Source: Paraspadella gotoi
Lineage: Eukaryota; Animalia; Chaetognatha
Assembly: GCA_051294375.1 (NCBI GenBank)
Contig: CM119268.1
Span: forward strand, 15,280,172 to 15,344,171
DNA: 64,000 bases
Direction: 5' to 3'
The notes beneath the pieces are model-generated. The model was not told the origin of the DNA. It did no database searches and saw nothing but the letters and a program-made list of their open reading frames with translations. Below are positions 23,929-38,000 of the stretch, one piece after another; the first letter of the stretch is position 1, and every line of letters begins with the position of its first letter. The position numbers were made by a program, and so were the translations under genes.

Positions 23929-25166
23929 ATGATAAATAAATAAAAGTGCTTTAGAAAGAAAGAGAGTAAAAAGACAGAATTAAAAAAGAGAGAAAAAGAG
24001 TAAGAAAGAAAATTAAGACAGAAAGATCGATAAACTGCAGGAAAAAGAGAAAGAGAGATAGACAATAAAAAAAAAGAGAAAAACTTCTAGAGAAGTCGTT
24101 CGATCCGTGCCAGGAAATAGGTGGGTGGAAAATAGAGGGGAAAGAACGAGAAAGTCTGGACATAGAGGGCTGGTCGGGACGACGACAAAGACAGAGAATA
24201 GGACAAGAGAATGAGGAGAGCATAAGGCAAGTGGACGAGCGATAATAATACTGTGACCGGATCGAAAAAGAGAACAGTCAAGAACGTTGCTCATTAGACT
24301 AATAATAAAAAGAAAGAGCAATCGAGAAACTAATTTTTTCAGTTATATTTAGGTTTTACATTCTCGCCAAATTGTGTTCTCTGTGGACATTCTCACCGGT
24401 ATATAAAAATTAAAAATACATGTTATCCTGATTTACTACATAAATCTGAAATCTTAAATAATTTTCGTTTTCATCTCAGCTCTTTATTTTCTATATTGCG
24501 TACTGATAACAGAATTTGGCGAGTAAGTAAAAGTTTATATATCTCTAACCTGATCCTGAACTCCATTCAATGCCATCCAGCATCCACCCACCAATCCACC
24601 ATCGTTTGACCTCCCACGCCTCCCCCCACCCACTCCCGTCCAACCCTTGACCAAATCTCTCTTTCGGTGTCATTCCTCTCTGGGTCATCCAAAACGAGGC
24701 TGAAGGGAGGGGGGGGGGTAGGGAGAGGGTTTTGGGGGGGTGAGGAGAAAAAGGGGACCGGTTGGTGGGCGGAGACTTGAGGGGTATGGCTGGAAAAGGG
24801 TGACTGGGAAAAATAAGAGTGTGCACTAACGAAGGAGATGGCGCGGCGTTGCTCACGAGAGACACATTCCTTCATCTCTTTCGCACCTTCAGCTTCTGCG
24901 CCCTCAGGGTACACGCTTGGCACAGTTTTTTGGTCAAGGCGCCGGCATCTTCTTCCGCCGACATCTCTTTTTTGTCCCCACAGCCCCCTTCTCCCCGCCC
25001 GTGCCCTCTCGGCCCCTTTTTCTCCTCTCGAACCCCCTTCCCCCCCTTGACTCCCAAACATCCGGCGCGGGGTCTGGAAGAGGTCAAAGGTCGCGGTCGA
25101 GGTCGTCGACTTCCTCGACTCGCAACAGGGAACTGAGAGGGGCGAAAGTGAAACGTCACGCGGTCG

Positions 25167-25215
25167 GGTCACGTGACCTCGTGAAACGCGCGTCAATCGT
25201 CACGTGACCTCCAAT
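25167..25215. promoter_or_regulatory. Paired GTCACGTGAC E-boxes (USF/TFEB CLEAR-type) plus CCAAT in a CpG-rich segment
   Basis: GGTCACGTGACC at 25167-25178, GTCACGTGAC at 25199-25208, CCAAT at 25211-25215. Motif match only. Confidence 0.45.
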
Positions 25216-25309
25216 GGAAACCGTCACGCCCCATGAAATCGCCGGTCGGGAGTCTCATGGTTTTTTTTTTTATTCCCTTCTCCTTGTGTCTCTGTCTCAG
25301 TCTGTCTGT

Positions 25310-25455
25310 CTTTCTCTCTCTCTCTCTCTCTCACTCTCTCTCCTCTCTCTGGGTTTTTAATTTCCTTCCTCTCTCTTTCTCCTTTCTTATTTTCCTGGGA
25401 GAACCAAACAACCAAACAAGAAAAACCATAAAAGAGAAAGAGTTAAGAGAGAGAG

Positions 25456-25492
<37 letters not shown>

Positions 25493-25941
25493 TAGAGCGA
25501 GAGAGAGGAGAGAGAGAGAGAGAGAGTGGAGAGAGAGTGAGGGAGAAAGAGTCGGACCGAAATAAGAATAACGCCCCTGTGCATGAACAAAAGCTGCCGC
25601 ACGCGATCTTGCCGGCGCGTGAAATAGGAGACGTTAGCGTCGCGTCTATTTTGCGAATCTCATTTTCGGCAAATTCCTCGAAAGACCGGTAAACAGGCGG
25701 CGGAAGCGGTGGGCGAGCGGTGGTGAGTGGGGGCGAGCGGCGGTAGAGCGGCGGCGAGCGGCAGGTCAGAGGCGGATCGTCGGTGTGGGGTGGTAAGGGG
25801 TGGTAGGGGCGGGCGGAATTTCCAATTCGTGGACCGTCTCTCTCTATTCTCCGCCCCCCGTGTCTCTGTCTTTCTACTTCATAATTTCTCTCTCTCTGCC
25901 ATCTCTCTCTCCTCTCTTCTTCTCTCTCTTCTCTTCTCTCT

Positions 25942-25982
<41 letters not shown>

Positions 25983-26393
25983 TCTCTTTCCTCTCTCTCT
26001 CTGGGAAAAACAATAGGCAAGACAATTCAGCGCAAAAAAAAAAGAAAAAAAAAGCATAGATAGCTTCCAAAGTAATAATTTGAATTTAAATGTTTCCCTG
26101 ACTTTAGTTACAAGATAAAGAAATAATATTTATTTTACTGCGGTTACTCCATTATAACTCTATTATAGAGTGCACTGTTTTTTCTCGAAATATTGTTTCG
26201 ACATAATTGTTTTACAAAGCAAAAAAAGCCTATATACGAANNNNNNNNNNNNNNNNNNNNNNNNNCTCTCTCTCTCTCTCTCTCTCTCTCTGGTTTTTAT
26301 TTCCTTCTCTCTCTTTCTCCCTTTCTTATTTCCTGGGAGAACCAAACAACCAAACAAGAAAAACCATAAAAGAGAAAGAGTTAAGAGAGAGAG

Positions 26394-26430
<37 letters not shown>

Positions 26431-26991
26431 TAGAGCGAGAGAGAGGAGAGAGAGAGAGAGAGAGTGGAGAGAGAGTGAGGGAGAAAGAGTCGGACCGAAA
26501 TAAGAATAACCCCTGTGCATGAAAAAAAAGCTGCCGCCACGCGATCCTTGCGCCGTGAAATAGGAGACCGTTAGCGTCGCGTCTATTTTGCGAATCTCAT
26601 TTTCGGCAAAATCTCGGAGAGGAGACCGGGAAACAGCGGAGAAGAAACAAGCGGCGTCGTAAGCACAACATAACCGGTGGCGGCGGTGAGTTGAAGTGGG
26701 CGGCGAGCGGCTGGGTAAGCGGCGCGGCGAAGCGGCAGCAGATGGCTATCGTCGAAGGTGTGGGTTGACGTGGTCGCCCGTGAGTGGCCAAGCGGCTAAG
26801 GTAGGTATAGCGGTTGGTTTATTTTATTATTGGGGGTAGTAAGGCGGTGCGGCATTTTCCAATTCGTGGACCGTCTCTCTCTCCATTCTCCGCCGTGTCT
26901 CTCTGTCCTTTCTACTTCATATTTCTCTCTCTCTGCTCCCTCATCTCTCTCTCTCTCTCTTCTCTCCTCCTCCTCTCTCTCTCTCTCCTCT

Positions 26992-27039
<48 letters not shown>

Positions 27040-27325
27040 TTCCTTCTCTCTCTGGGAAGAAAAAAAACCAAAGGCAAGAAATTCAGCGCAAACAAAAAAA
27101 AAAAAAAGAAAAAAAAAGCAATTAAGATTTCGCTTCCCCAAAGTAATAATTTGAGATTTTTTTTAAATAATGTTTCCCTGGCTTTAGTTACAAATAAAAG
27201 AAATAATATTTATTTTATGCGGTTACTCCATTATAAAACTCTATTATAAGGCACTGTTTTTTCTCGAATATGTTTCACATTAATTTAATTGTTAAAAGCA
27301 AAAATTAAGACTTATTATTAAAACA
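25310..27325 (+). repeat. ~0.95-kb segment present twice on either side of a 25-N gap (likely assembly overlap)
   Basis: 25310-26240 is re-read at 26266-27325, with N25 at 26241-26265. Copy B has only one copy (~41340-42430). Confidence 0.85.
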
Positions 27326-28788
27326 GAAGGAGGTGCTCAAAAAATGTCCGACTCTAAAAAAAGAAAAAGTCTCGTTTCTCCCTTCCCGCTTCCCTCGATT
27401 CTCCGCTTCTCACAATTTTTTTTCGCTTCTTCCCAAGGGATTTTTCATATTCGTGGTTGTGACGTCGACGTTCTTTAGAGCGCTTCTTCCGAAAAACACG
27501 CGGAGAGAGGAATTTGACCACCAGGGCGGAAAGATTGAGAGAGAGAGAAGGAGGGAGAGGTGAGAGGATGAGATCGGGAGAGACGAGAAGAGAGAGAGAA
27601 GGAGAGTGCAGAGAGTGAGAGAGAGGAGGAGAGAGGAGAGAAAAGAAAGAGGATAGATAGATAGATAGAGAACAGAGAGACCAGAGAGGCAGAGAGAGGA
27701 CAGAGAGAGAGAGCGAGACAGAGAGAGTTAGAAACGTCGAGGAGCGATTTTGTCGCGGAATTTCTCCAGAGAGACATCACACGTTTTCTCTCGTCGCACT
27801 TCGTCGTCGCCGTCGTCGTCGTCGTTGTCTCCGCAAACTTTCGCTGACGTCGCCGAAATATTTGAGGGCGCCGTCAATCGCTTGCATCGTTATAGAAGAA
27901 AAAAAAATCCGATTGAAGTAAAATATATAAAATACATGATATCTAAAAATATATTAAAGGCGTTTCAAATTAAATTAGGTACAAACAACCCACAAATTAA
28001 TCCGTAATGAACTCTCGAGATTTTACAAGGTAAACAAACAGCAACAATAGAATGAGACGCATCATAAAAAAAAAGGGACGTGAAATTGTCGCGAGATAAA
28101 TCACACGAGGCGGCGCTCGTGTCTCCTGGGCTCCGAAAGGAAGGACGCGACGTCTTAAGCGGCGGACTGGGAGCCCTTACCCAAGATCCCTTACCTGAGA
28201 TTCCCTTACCGGGGAAACGCCTCTGCCGGCGTCGAGGGAGGACGCCGCCTCAATTTTTTGCTGATTCTCCAAGAGAGAGAAGAGATTTTATGGTTTTTGC
28301 GGAAAAAAAAAAACGCGGAAAAATCGGGGGAAGATGGCGGGAAAAATTTGAATGAACGAAAGAGCGGAAAATAAAAAAATGAAGAAAAACAAAAGGGATA
28401 AAGTGGAGAAAAGGCGAAGTTTGGTGAGTCTTTGACACATATCACAATAATCACTACGCGAGAAATCACAGGAAGGAATTCACGATTTGATCGCATCAAA
28501 TGTGAGGATCGATATTCGCTTAAGAGTCACGACTGAGTTTCAGACGTCGTTACCCGAATCAAAATCGATTCTCACTTAAGCGTCACGCTCTTTCCATTTG
28601 ACTCTCTCTCTCTCTCTCTCNNNNNNNNNNNNNNNNNNNNNNNNNNNNNNNNNNNNNNNNNNNNNNNNNNNNNNNNNNNNNNNNNNNNNNNNNNNNNNNN
28701 NNNNNNNNNNNNNNNNNNNNNNNNNNNCTCTTTCTTTAATCATCCCAGACATCGTCCATTCAAATCCACATCAGCGTCGCATCTTTTC

Positions 28789-28856
28789 GTCGCTAACCGT
28801 TTGCGTTGCTACGCTAATGGTTGCCTAGCGACTGCTCCGGACTCGTTGCTAACCGT
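28789..28856. promoter_or_regulatory. RFX X-box-like motif cluster
   Basis: GTTGCCTAGCGAC at 28820-28832 (one mismatch from GTTGCCTAGCAAC), flanked by GTCGCTA and two GTTGCTA half-sites. Motif match only. Confidence 0.35.
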
Positions 28857-29090
28857 CAATAAGCTTGAGTCGGGGGCGCGTGCGAGATATACGCTGGGTG
28901 AAAGAAAAAAAAACGGATAAAGAAAACCGGGGATTTTTTTTTTCAATGCGTTTGGTTTTTTGTAAGGAGGAAAAAGTGCGTGGAATTGAATCGGCAAGAT
29001 TCTTTTTTCTTGTTACTTTTCTACTTTCTTTCTTCTTTTCTACTTTTCTTTTTTTCTTGTTTTCTCTCTAGCTTTATATTTTATACTATC

Positions 29091-29182
<92 letters not shown>

Positions 29183-30556
29183 TATTTAGTTTTTTTCTCA
29201 TTTTATTTGTTTTTATTCATGATCTCAATTATTTAATTCAATTCAACACCCATTCTTTTATGAATCTTGACGAATGAATGTCCCAGACGAAGGACGAATA
29301 AATATGCTTACTAACTACTTAATTCAGAAAATTCAGCGAGAGACGNNNNNNNNNNNNNNNNNNNNNNNNNNNNNNNNNNNNNNNNNNNNNNNNNNNNNNN
29401 NNNNNNNNNNNNNNNNNNNNNNNNNNNNNNNNNNNNNNNNNNNNNNNNNNNNNNNNNNNNNNNNNNNNNNNNNNNNNNNNNNNNNNNNNNNNNNNNNNNN
29501 NNAGAGAGAGAGAGAAATCTTTGGCAGAGACGCGAATATGAGAACTTAACGCATTGCCATAGAAACTCCTGGGAATTCAAGGATTCGCAATGACGCAAGA
29601 AGTGGGTGTGGCAGGGAGAGGGAGAGCGAGACGATGGTATGGATTAGGTATGGCGGGGAGAGGGAGAGAGTATTGGTAAAGCCTCGGGATCGAGGTAAGT
29701 GTTGGAGAGAAAGAGCAAGATGGGTTGCTTTGCTGAGACAAAGTGTACACGGACAAGGTTGGTGAAGTAAAATTCGTATAATGAATAAAGATCAAGGTTC
29801 AATTAACGATATCGTCTTGTCCTGACAAGAAATTAAATATCTTTAAAGGACTACAAAAAAGATGAATTTGTTTTGAAAACAAAACTCATCATACAAATTA
29901 ATGATTAAATTGATCGTTATCACAGACGTTATCACAGACGTTATCACAGACGACCTCGTCGTCGTTCTCGTACTTCTCGTCATCGTCGCCAACTTTTCAA
30001 CTTTCGGGATTTTCATGCAAATCGTATTTAAGTTTTAAAGGCTAAAGATCATAATTTCCGGTGATTTCTGTAAAAAATACAGATCTTTCTTTTTTTCTGT
30101 AAAGTGATAGCCGTTCACTATGGATGGGAAAATTATTCTTTAAATTTTTTTGAGTGTTTTTAGATCGTCTTTCTGAGAGTACCATAGACATTAGACAGTC
30201 TACATATTAAGCTACTGTTTATTTAGCTTCGTCAATCATATAATTAGATGTTTGTTTATCATTATCTCAAATATCTTTACCCATAACGGCAGCGCGGCCA
30301 CTGGCTTTCTACGGGATTTTCGAGGTCATAAAGAAAAAAAAACTTGTAAAGTTCTCACTTTGAATTTTGATGAGTCGAGTTGAGAGGTCGGAGTGAAAAG
30401 TCGGGTTTTTTGAAAAGAGGGGGGAGGAGTGTCGCGAGTTATTTTCGGATTGTTGAGGGAAAAGGGTTCTTATAACCGAGGGGTGTAGAAGGGGAATCGG
30501 TAGAGCACTTTGGGGTCTCGCGAGCGTGAGGTGTATGAATATTTAGCGATGACTGA

Positions 30557-30594
<38 letters not shown>

Positions 30595-31023
30595 ATAGAG
30601 AGCGAGCGATTCTCACCTTGCCTCCATCGCATCCCAAGCGATTCGTTTTCGCGGAGGCGACTGTCATTTCTTCGAACCTTTTTTTTTTTCGTTGGATTTT
30701 TTTCTCGGAAATTCTTTTTCGCCCTTGGAGATGATGATGCCCAGGGCGCAGCTTAAGACTTTCCTCCGGATCTCTTAATTATTTCCAGCTTTCTTTCTTC
30801 TCGTATCTTCGCCCCCCCCCTACCAAAAAAAAAGAAGATATCCCCGTTTAAATTTTATTTTGATATTTTTTGTTCAAACGCTCGATTCGAGGGTCAAGAG
30901 GGAATCGCTTCCGTTTGTCCCTCAACCATTCAGTCGATTCCCCTCGTCGTCCCATCTTTCTATTTTCGGCCATTTTTCTTTTCTTTTTCTGGGAAAAAAG
31001 ACTCGATTTTTATGACTGGATCA

Positions 31024-31056
<33 letters not shown>

Positions 31057-31176
31057 TGTTGTCGTCGTCCTTCCCGTCATTCAGGTGTTGCCGCTCCGAG
31101 CCCCCGTTCCCGTTCCCGCTTTCGCATCTCCCCTGAGCTTCCATCCATTTTCGTAGTCATTGTGCTAAAATCTTCC

Positions 31177-31252
<76 letters not shown>

Positions 31253-32090
31253 TTCGTACAAATAGAAGGCGTTATGGTCGTCCCATTCTCGCGGCGTCCT
31301 CGAAGACGACAACGACAACGACAACGAGGAAGACGACGAGTAGGATAACGATAATGACGGTCACGACAATGACGACAATGAAAGTAACTTTGACAAGGGG
31401 AAGACGACGAAGAATACAAAAAAGATGACAAAGAAGAAGAAGACGCTAATGAAAAAAAAATTATACTTTCAATTTTCAGGAAAGACATCGGCGTGTTTCA
31501 AGCGATTTTTTTACATATGCTCCCTTAACCTAATGAGCTTTAGGGATGCGAATCCATGTGAAATCTCTACAACCAATATAACATTTTTTTACGTACTACA
31601 TTCATTCAATAAATATGGCAGAATCTTGGGCGTGAACTTTGAACTTTGAACAATGGACCTTGGACCGGCTATGTTCTCGAGCTCGCTCTCTCGATCGTTT
31701 GTGAATACCCGAAAACGTGGAACCGATCGCCGTCCACAAAAATACTACAGACTCGTCTGCATTTCACAGGTATTCATCAGAGACACTTAAATATCCGCGT
31801 ACATTGGGACTAATCGACGGTTTCGTCGGCATCGGCCTCATTCCCGAATGTTATAGACGTCGTTTTTCGACAGCAAAAGGCGGCGGCGAAAGCAATGTCG
31901 GCAGCATCGGCGGTGTGGACAAGCGGCGTCGGCAAAAAAAGAATTTCCCATCAAATCCTACGGAAACGAGACTTTCTTTTCTGCGCCTCAGCGATCGAGG
32001 GTCCGAATGATGTAGGAATAAAAAAGCCGTCGATATAAAAAGGAGGAGGCGACGGAGGAAGCGATGGAGGAGTTGATGGAGGAGCCCAAG

Positions 32091-35000
32091 CGTCGCCTCT
32101 TCCTCCCCTACGGTCCGTATCGGCCCCGCGACGCGCGACGACCTCCAGTGGCCACGACGCCACCACCCAAACTCTGACGACGAACACCCCTTCGTTCCGA
32201 CCTTGCCACGAATTGCGACTCGACACCCTCCGTTGACCGACGGGGTCACGCCCCTACCACTTTTCGTTCGTGTCAATCGCGTTTGGGAAATTTCTTTGGC
32301 GTTCAAAGCTTCTAATCTCGAATCGTTGAAATTCGTCGTCACTCACTTGAAAATGTCCGTCCCTTTACCCTTAATTTCACATTAATGTTCACACTTCATC
32401 GCGAGCTCATTCTTTTTTAATTCTGTTGCAACATTTCATTATGTCGACAAAAATAAAATATAGTAATTTTCACTTTACCAACAATAACCACTCCACCAAG
32501 AAGGTCCTATTTGCACCCTCCCCCTCCCAGCCCCCCCGCCAACCCCCGCACCCTCTGCCTCCGCCCACGCGAAGGGTCGCTGGCGGCGAGACTCGCATTT
32601 GTTTGATTCCTCGGGGAGAGACATTCGATCCGCGAGCAAAGTAGCGACTCGGCGCCGCCGTGACACGATGGTCTTGATCGTTGTGTGGGAGAAGCTGGAG
32701 GTGGGAAGGCAGGGGTTGAGATTGTGTTGGAAAGGATGGGGTGGAAGTGTGGGCCCAACGTTGCGTTGAGTCCTCTGTCGGTCGCCTTCAAAGAAGTCGA
32801 CTGCGAAAGCAGTTTGGGACGGGCCAGTGCTAAGGTTTTAACTTGTGGGACATAATGAAAAGAACTTCGGGTGAGTTGATTGTTGAGACGTGAAGTTGCC
32901 CCGCTTTGAAGTCTTACCGGCTGTGTCAAGTTGGCTTGTGGTCATGAATTTCCGCAGCACTGGACCATAACTCTTTGAGGAGTTTTGAGCACCGAGTGAA
33001 CAGGAAAAAAAAGACTGCAAAAGCCTACTACAACTTTTTTCGCGATCTGGGATTCACTCGACTCATGCTATATGTTACAACGTTGAAGCCCAGATACTAG
33101 CAAGGCGTTAGAGTGGGGTTCGTTCAGATCCCGAAGAATGGAGGACCTCTGTCGCTCCTTCATTTTTGTTATTTGAAAAATTTTTATCTCTCAGTCTATA
33201 TTCTGCTTAAAATAAATGGAAAAAAATGTTAGACTTTTACGGCGATATATGAAACGGGACACCTTCCAAACTTTGGTCAAAAATTTTATGTTTCTTTCCA
33301 GATAAGAAAAAAAAACAAGCATAAATTCCGTATTCATAAAGGGGAAAGACCCTTTGTGGTGAGGCACAGGGAGGTGGAGAGCTGGGAGGTGGCGAGGCGC
33401 CGTGAGTCAACGGTCTAAGAAGAATATAAAAAAAAAAGCAAAGAGGTTTTTTCTATTATTCGGCAGCGACGAAAACCCCTGAAGCGAAGAAAAAAATTCG
33501 TAATCTCGGGGATGGCCGCTCGCTTGGCTCAGAACACTGCCCATGCCCGCGCCTCTGCTGGCCTCCGCCTCCGCCGGCTGCGCTCGTGACACACCACGCT
33601 GCCACCGCTGCCGGTTTGCCGCCGCTGACACCGCCGACACGCCGCCGCACGCCGCCTCTTCGTCCCCCAGGACCTTCATTATCGTTTTTACGACGCCCCT
33701 CTCGGGCCTCCGCAGCGACGGACCCAGGCGACAACAACGACGACCAACTTTTTTTTCGGGGGCGGCGACGTTTAATTTCGTTCCACGGGACGACAGGTTG
33801 ACGACGACTTCGACGACGATGACGACGACCGAAGGCGACGACGATGACGCTCGATTCAGTAAACGGAACCGTAAATAAACAAGGCGATGGGAGTCCTTAT
33901 TCTTTGTAGTTACAGTGTCCAATAGCGTGGCAGGCCCAATGGGCCGAGAGAGAGACACTTGGTCCTAGAAAGGTCATTCCGAGAAAAAAAAAATGACAGC
34001 GGCAACATGAGCTGCGTATTTAGGTTTAGAATAAATAAAAAAAAAAAAAAAACCACATTTATTCAATCGTTTCAACATGTTTAATCGTTTACTTTAAACA
34101 GAGCTAAATAAAAAAAACTAATTAATCTCATTTTTTTTACATTAGATTTTTCCAAAGGTGTCAATGCGTCCTTATGTCCCAATTTTTAATTTGCGTAAAT
34201 AATTTCGAAAAACCGGGGTCGACGATGACGCGTTGACGGACGAGAGCCACGGCCCCAGAAATGACCGTCATAAATTTACGACGCCACAATGCATACGCCA
34301 GTTAGAAAAGATTGAGCTTTGTTTCACAGGGTTGTGTATGAACTTAGGGAGAGAAAACCTATCGACATGTTTATTTGACGCCATCACGTGTGTCGTCGTG
34401 ATAGAGGAATGTAATATGTAAATTATTAATATATATATAAATCATTATATATAATATGTCCGGTAGAAATGGTGCTGCAGTGGTTAAAAACTGGTTATGA
34501 ATCATCAATATGCAGATTTCACGAGGTTATATTAATTTTGCGCAATTGGTTTGCCACTTTAGAAAAAAAATATTCTCTATTATTGACAAACTAAATGTCA
34601 TGAATAAATAAAATTGATATTTCGACTTGAATTCGAAGCGTGCAAACGTGATTTCACCGACCGCAATTCCCCCGCCAAACCCGAACGCGCGGGGCGGACC
34701 TCTCGCGGCCGCGAGCATTTTTAATTGATGTTCGGTCAGCTGATAAACCTACTTTCGCGACCGCAAACAACAACAACAACGACCGACGACGAGAAGGCTT
34801 CGCGTCGAGAAATATTGACTTAGTCTCGTTATTAATTAACTTTGCTGCACCGTTATAAAGGTCTCAGCGTTCTTGAGAGGCCCCTAGGAAAATTGACCCA
34901 AAATATAGCCGTTAGGGCACTTAAGGCGAAAGTGAAGCGGGAGCGGGCGACTAGCGAAAGGCGGGGAGATGGAGGAGCAGAGAAGGCAGAGAGAGAGAGA

Positions 35001-38000
35001 GAGAGATGAGAGAGAGATGAGAGGGAGAGAGAGATAGAGAGAGAGAGAGCAGAGAGGAAGCAGAGATAGGAGAGAGATAGAGGAGAGAGAAAGGGTATCA
35101 ACCAAATTCCAGTGGCGCGCGCAGTTTAAAAGAGATGCGGCCTGCGAAACAGCGGAAAGTTCGAGCTGTTTACGAAAGGAAAAGAGAAAAGAACAAAAAA
35201 ATTAGGGAAATTAAAGAAAGAAAGAAAGGTAAATACCAAAAAAAAGAAAGAAAGATAAAAAGAAAGAAGAAAGAACATTGATATACCTATTACGATATTT
35301 ATTTCTTTAGCGCTGTAACTTCATGTCGTCGAACCTAGAGAACGATAATGATGACGATATGTTCTTTAGCGCTTCAAAACTCCGACTCGTAGGCCACGGG
35401 TCGCCCCGCACTCCCGCCCCGGATCCGCTCAGCATGACAACAAATTTTGGAATTGCCCTCTAAAAGAGTGGAATTTGAACGAAAAATTCTTCACAGAACC
35501 AAAGGCTACGCGCAATTGCATAACCATTTCCCGTTCCATTCGACGATAACCCGACCTACGCGTTTTGACAACAACTAACTCTCACTCGTCGTCCATTCGG
35601 CTCCACTCGCTTCGTGCCCCAACGCCCGACTTTCGGAGAGATCAGCTCAACGGGCTTAACAGTTCCGGATCGGATGAGAGAGAGAGCAGAAGAGAGAATC
35701 GAGAGAGAGAGAGAGACGAGATAGATGAGAAGAGAGAGAGACCGATGAGATAGAGAGAGAGAGAGAGCAGGAGAGAGCGTTGGGAACGTGTCTGCGAAAA
35801 TATTAGCGGCTGGGTCCATTGGCTCAACTCTATTTAAAAGCCCGTGCGACAACGGCCTCGAGAGGACATAGGCCTAAACTCGATCTTTTTGCCCTTCTTG
35901 GAAGCATTTTAGGATGAAGGTCAATCGTGGATGTAATGAGATTGACCTGCAAGGCGATTACATCATTTATTACTCTTAGTTTTTCCTCCGATTTATTGCC
36001 TACAATGACTTTTAAGAATTTCTTCCTCCAAAAAAAATAAAAATATTTCTTCCGAATCTTTTTAGTCTGTGAGTAACAACAAAATGTCCGGATACTAAAT
36101 TTTTCCCCCTCCGGAAAAAAAAATCTTCTAAACAAAAAAGCGGCAACAACACACCGCAAGAGGGCCAGCAGCCATAACCGGACTTTAATATTCTTCAATT
36201 AAAGGCTTTTCTATCAGTATGAAATCCAACCCCTAAATCTAAGCCGTATAACATCCAGCCCCCCTTAACCCCGCGACAAGCCGAGTCGCCGGCCTCGCGG
36301 TGCCATCCCATTAAACCATTTGGCCGCGGGAAAAGCCAAGGCTCGCATCGGAAGCTAGGGGTTTTCTTAATTTGGGTTAAACAAGCCGGCCGTCTCGTCA
36401 AATCGAGGTAGGGACAGGCACGACGATGAGATACGACGACAAAGACGACGAAAAAAGATTGACGACGATGAGCGCCGGACGACGACGAAGTCCCCCGACA
36501 CAACCAATTTACGAGCAGGTACTGAAATAGCTTCCGGAGGGGGAATTATTCTAATTGGCCCATTAGAAGGTTTTGGGGAAAACCTTTAACCACTCCCCAC
36601 GGTTACCCAATGCTCGATATCGCAGGAAGTTTCATATTTAAAGGCAATGATACGATGACGACAATGACGACCCCAGCGCCGGCATTTTGCCAAATATTTG
36701 TGACGGGAAAATTGCTACTAAGAAGACGAGAAGATGGACAAAACTGACCGACAAAGACGTGACCGATGTTCGCCAATCCAACGACCCCCGAAGGCCCCGA
36801 ACAGTTATGACCAAAAACTGACAGACCATAAGGACGGACTACGGTCCGCCAAATCCCAACCGGACGAAGCACCCGAAGAAGATGATACTTAACCATCCTA
36901 ACGGCGGAAGACTTCGTCGAGCCGCTCGAGGTTTGTGTAGGCTTGGCGTTAAAAACGTCCTCCGACACAAAGCCCTGTTCGTCAGGCCCCGTTTTCCGCT
37001 CCGGGGTTGACACGGGGACCCCGCTTCGCCTATTTATGACCTTATAGGGTTATGGAGCCACGAGACCGTTTGGACGACGGACGGACTGCGACCCGACCCC
37101 AACGGTAAGACGACCAAAGTACCGAGGCCATTTAAGATCCCGAATATTTAGTTCTCACCAGAAACGGGGCGGAAACGTGGCGAGGCTTTATTTTGACCGT
37201 TGAGTGGTGAGAGGAGAGATTGGTGGAGGCGCAGAGGGCATAGCGAAGGTGGCGTTTATGAGACACCCTCGCGATTTTCATTAGTTAGTTCTTGCATTTT
37301 TGTTAACATAAGCTGCCAAGAGGGAAGTGTTCCCAAAAGGTGCGAGATCCAACCTAGGGAATTGATTCTAGAGAGAGAAATTGAATCGAAAGACAAGATG
37401 AAGATTTCATCCCCAGCAATAAAGGGTGGATGGTAGAGCAAAAAGCTGCAGGCCCGCACCACCCACAGTTAGACTAAGCGTAATAAAAGGTCCTCCCACC
37501 CTTAACCAGACCTTTCCCCCCCGAAGAAGGACGTCACCCCCTATTCTCGTCAAGTTGAGATTAAAAATTACCAGGGACGAAATGGGCGTTCCCGCCCCGT
37601 CACGCCTAGCGCGCCCCATGGGTCGGATGGAGAATCAGTGATAAGCAATGGTTAAGGAAATGAATGTAGATAATGATAAAAAAGACCGGACCGTTCCTGA
37701 AATTTAGGTAACACAATTAGTTGAAGAGAATGCAAGTATGAATTGGATTGATAACTAAAACCTTCCCGCGCGGTTGGAAAAAACCTCGTGAGACAAAAAA
37801 AAATTCGTGAAACTTGCGCGGAGAGTCGGATTTTTTTTTCCTAATTTTTCACCGTGAATTGATTTTTTTTTCCGCTAATTTTCCTCCGTAATGAGCCCCG
37901 TGTCAGCTTTCTACTGGCACAGCGAGAATTTCCGTTTTCTAACACATCATAAGTTCCCAATAAATACGATAAAGAAGGAAAAAATTAATGATAAACTAAG

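Larger units (their letters stand above)
17166..32090 (+). repeat. Copy A of a ~15-kb tandemly repeated block
   Basis: Collinear with 32091-48600 throughout, e.g. 17166 CGTCGCCTC..CTACGGT = 32091, 22780 = 38590, 24541 = 40503, 31717 = 48214. Confidence 0.92.

Noticed and set aside
22226-27780. Many ER/RE- and LS/SL-repeat ORFs
   Set aside because: Translations of (GA)n/(TC)n and (GAAA)n microsatellites.
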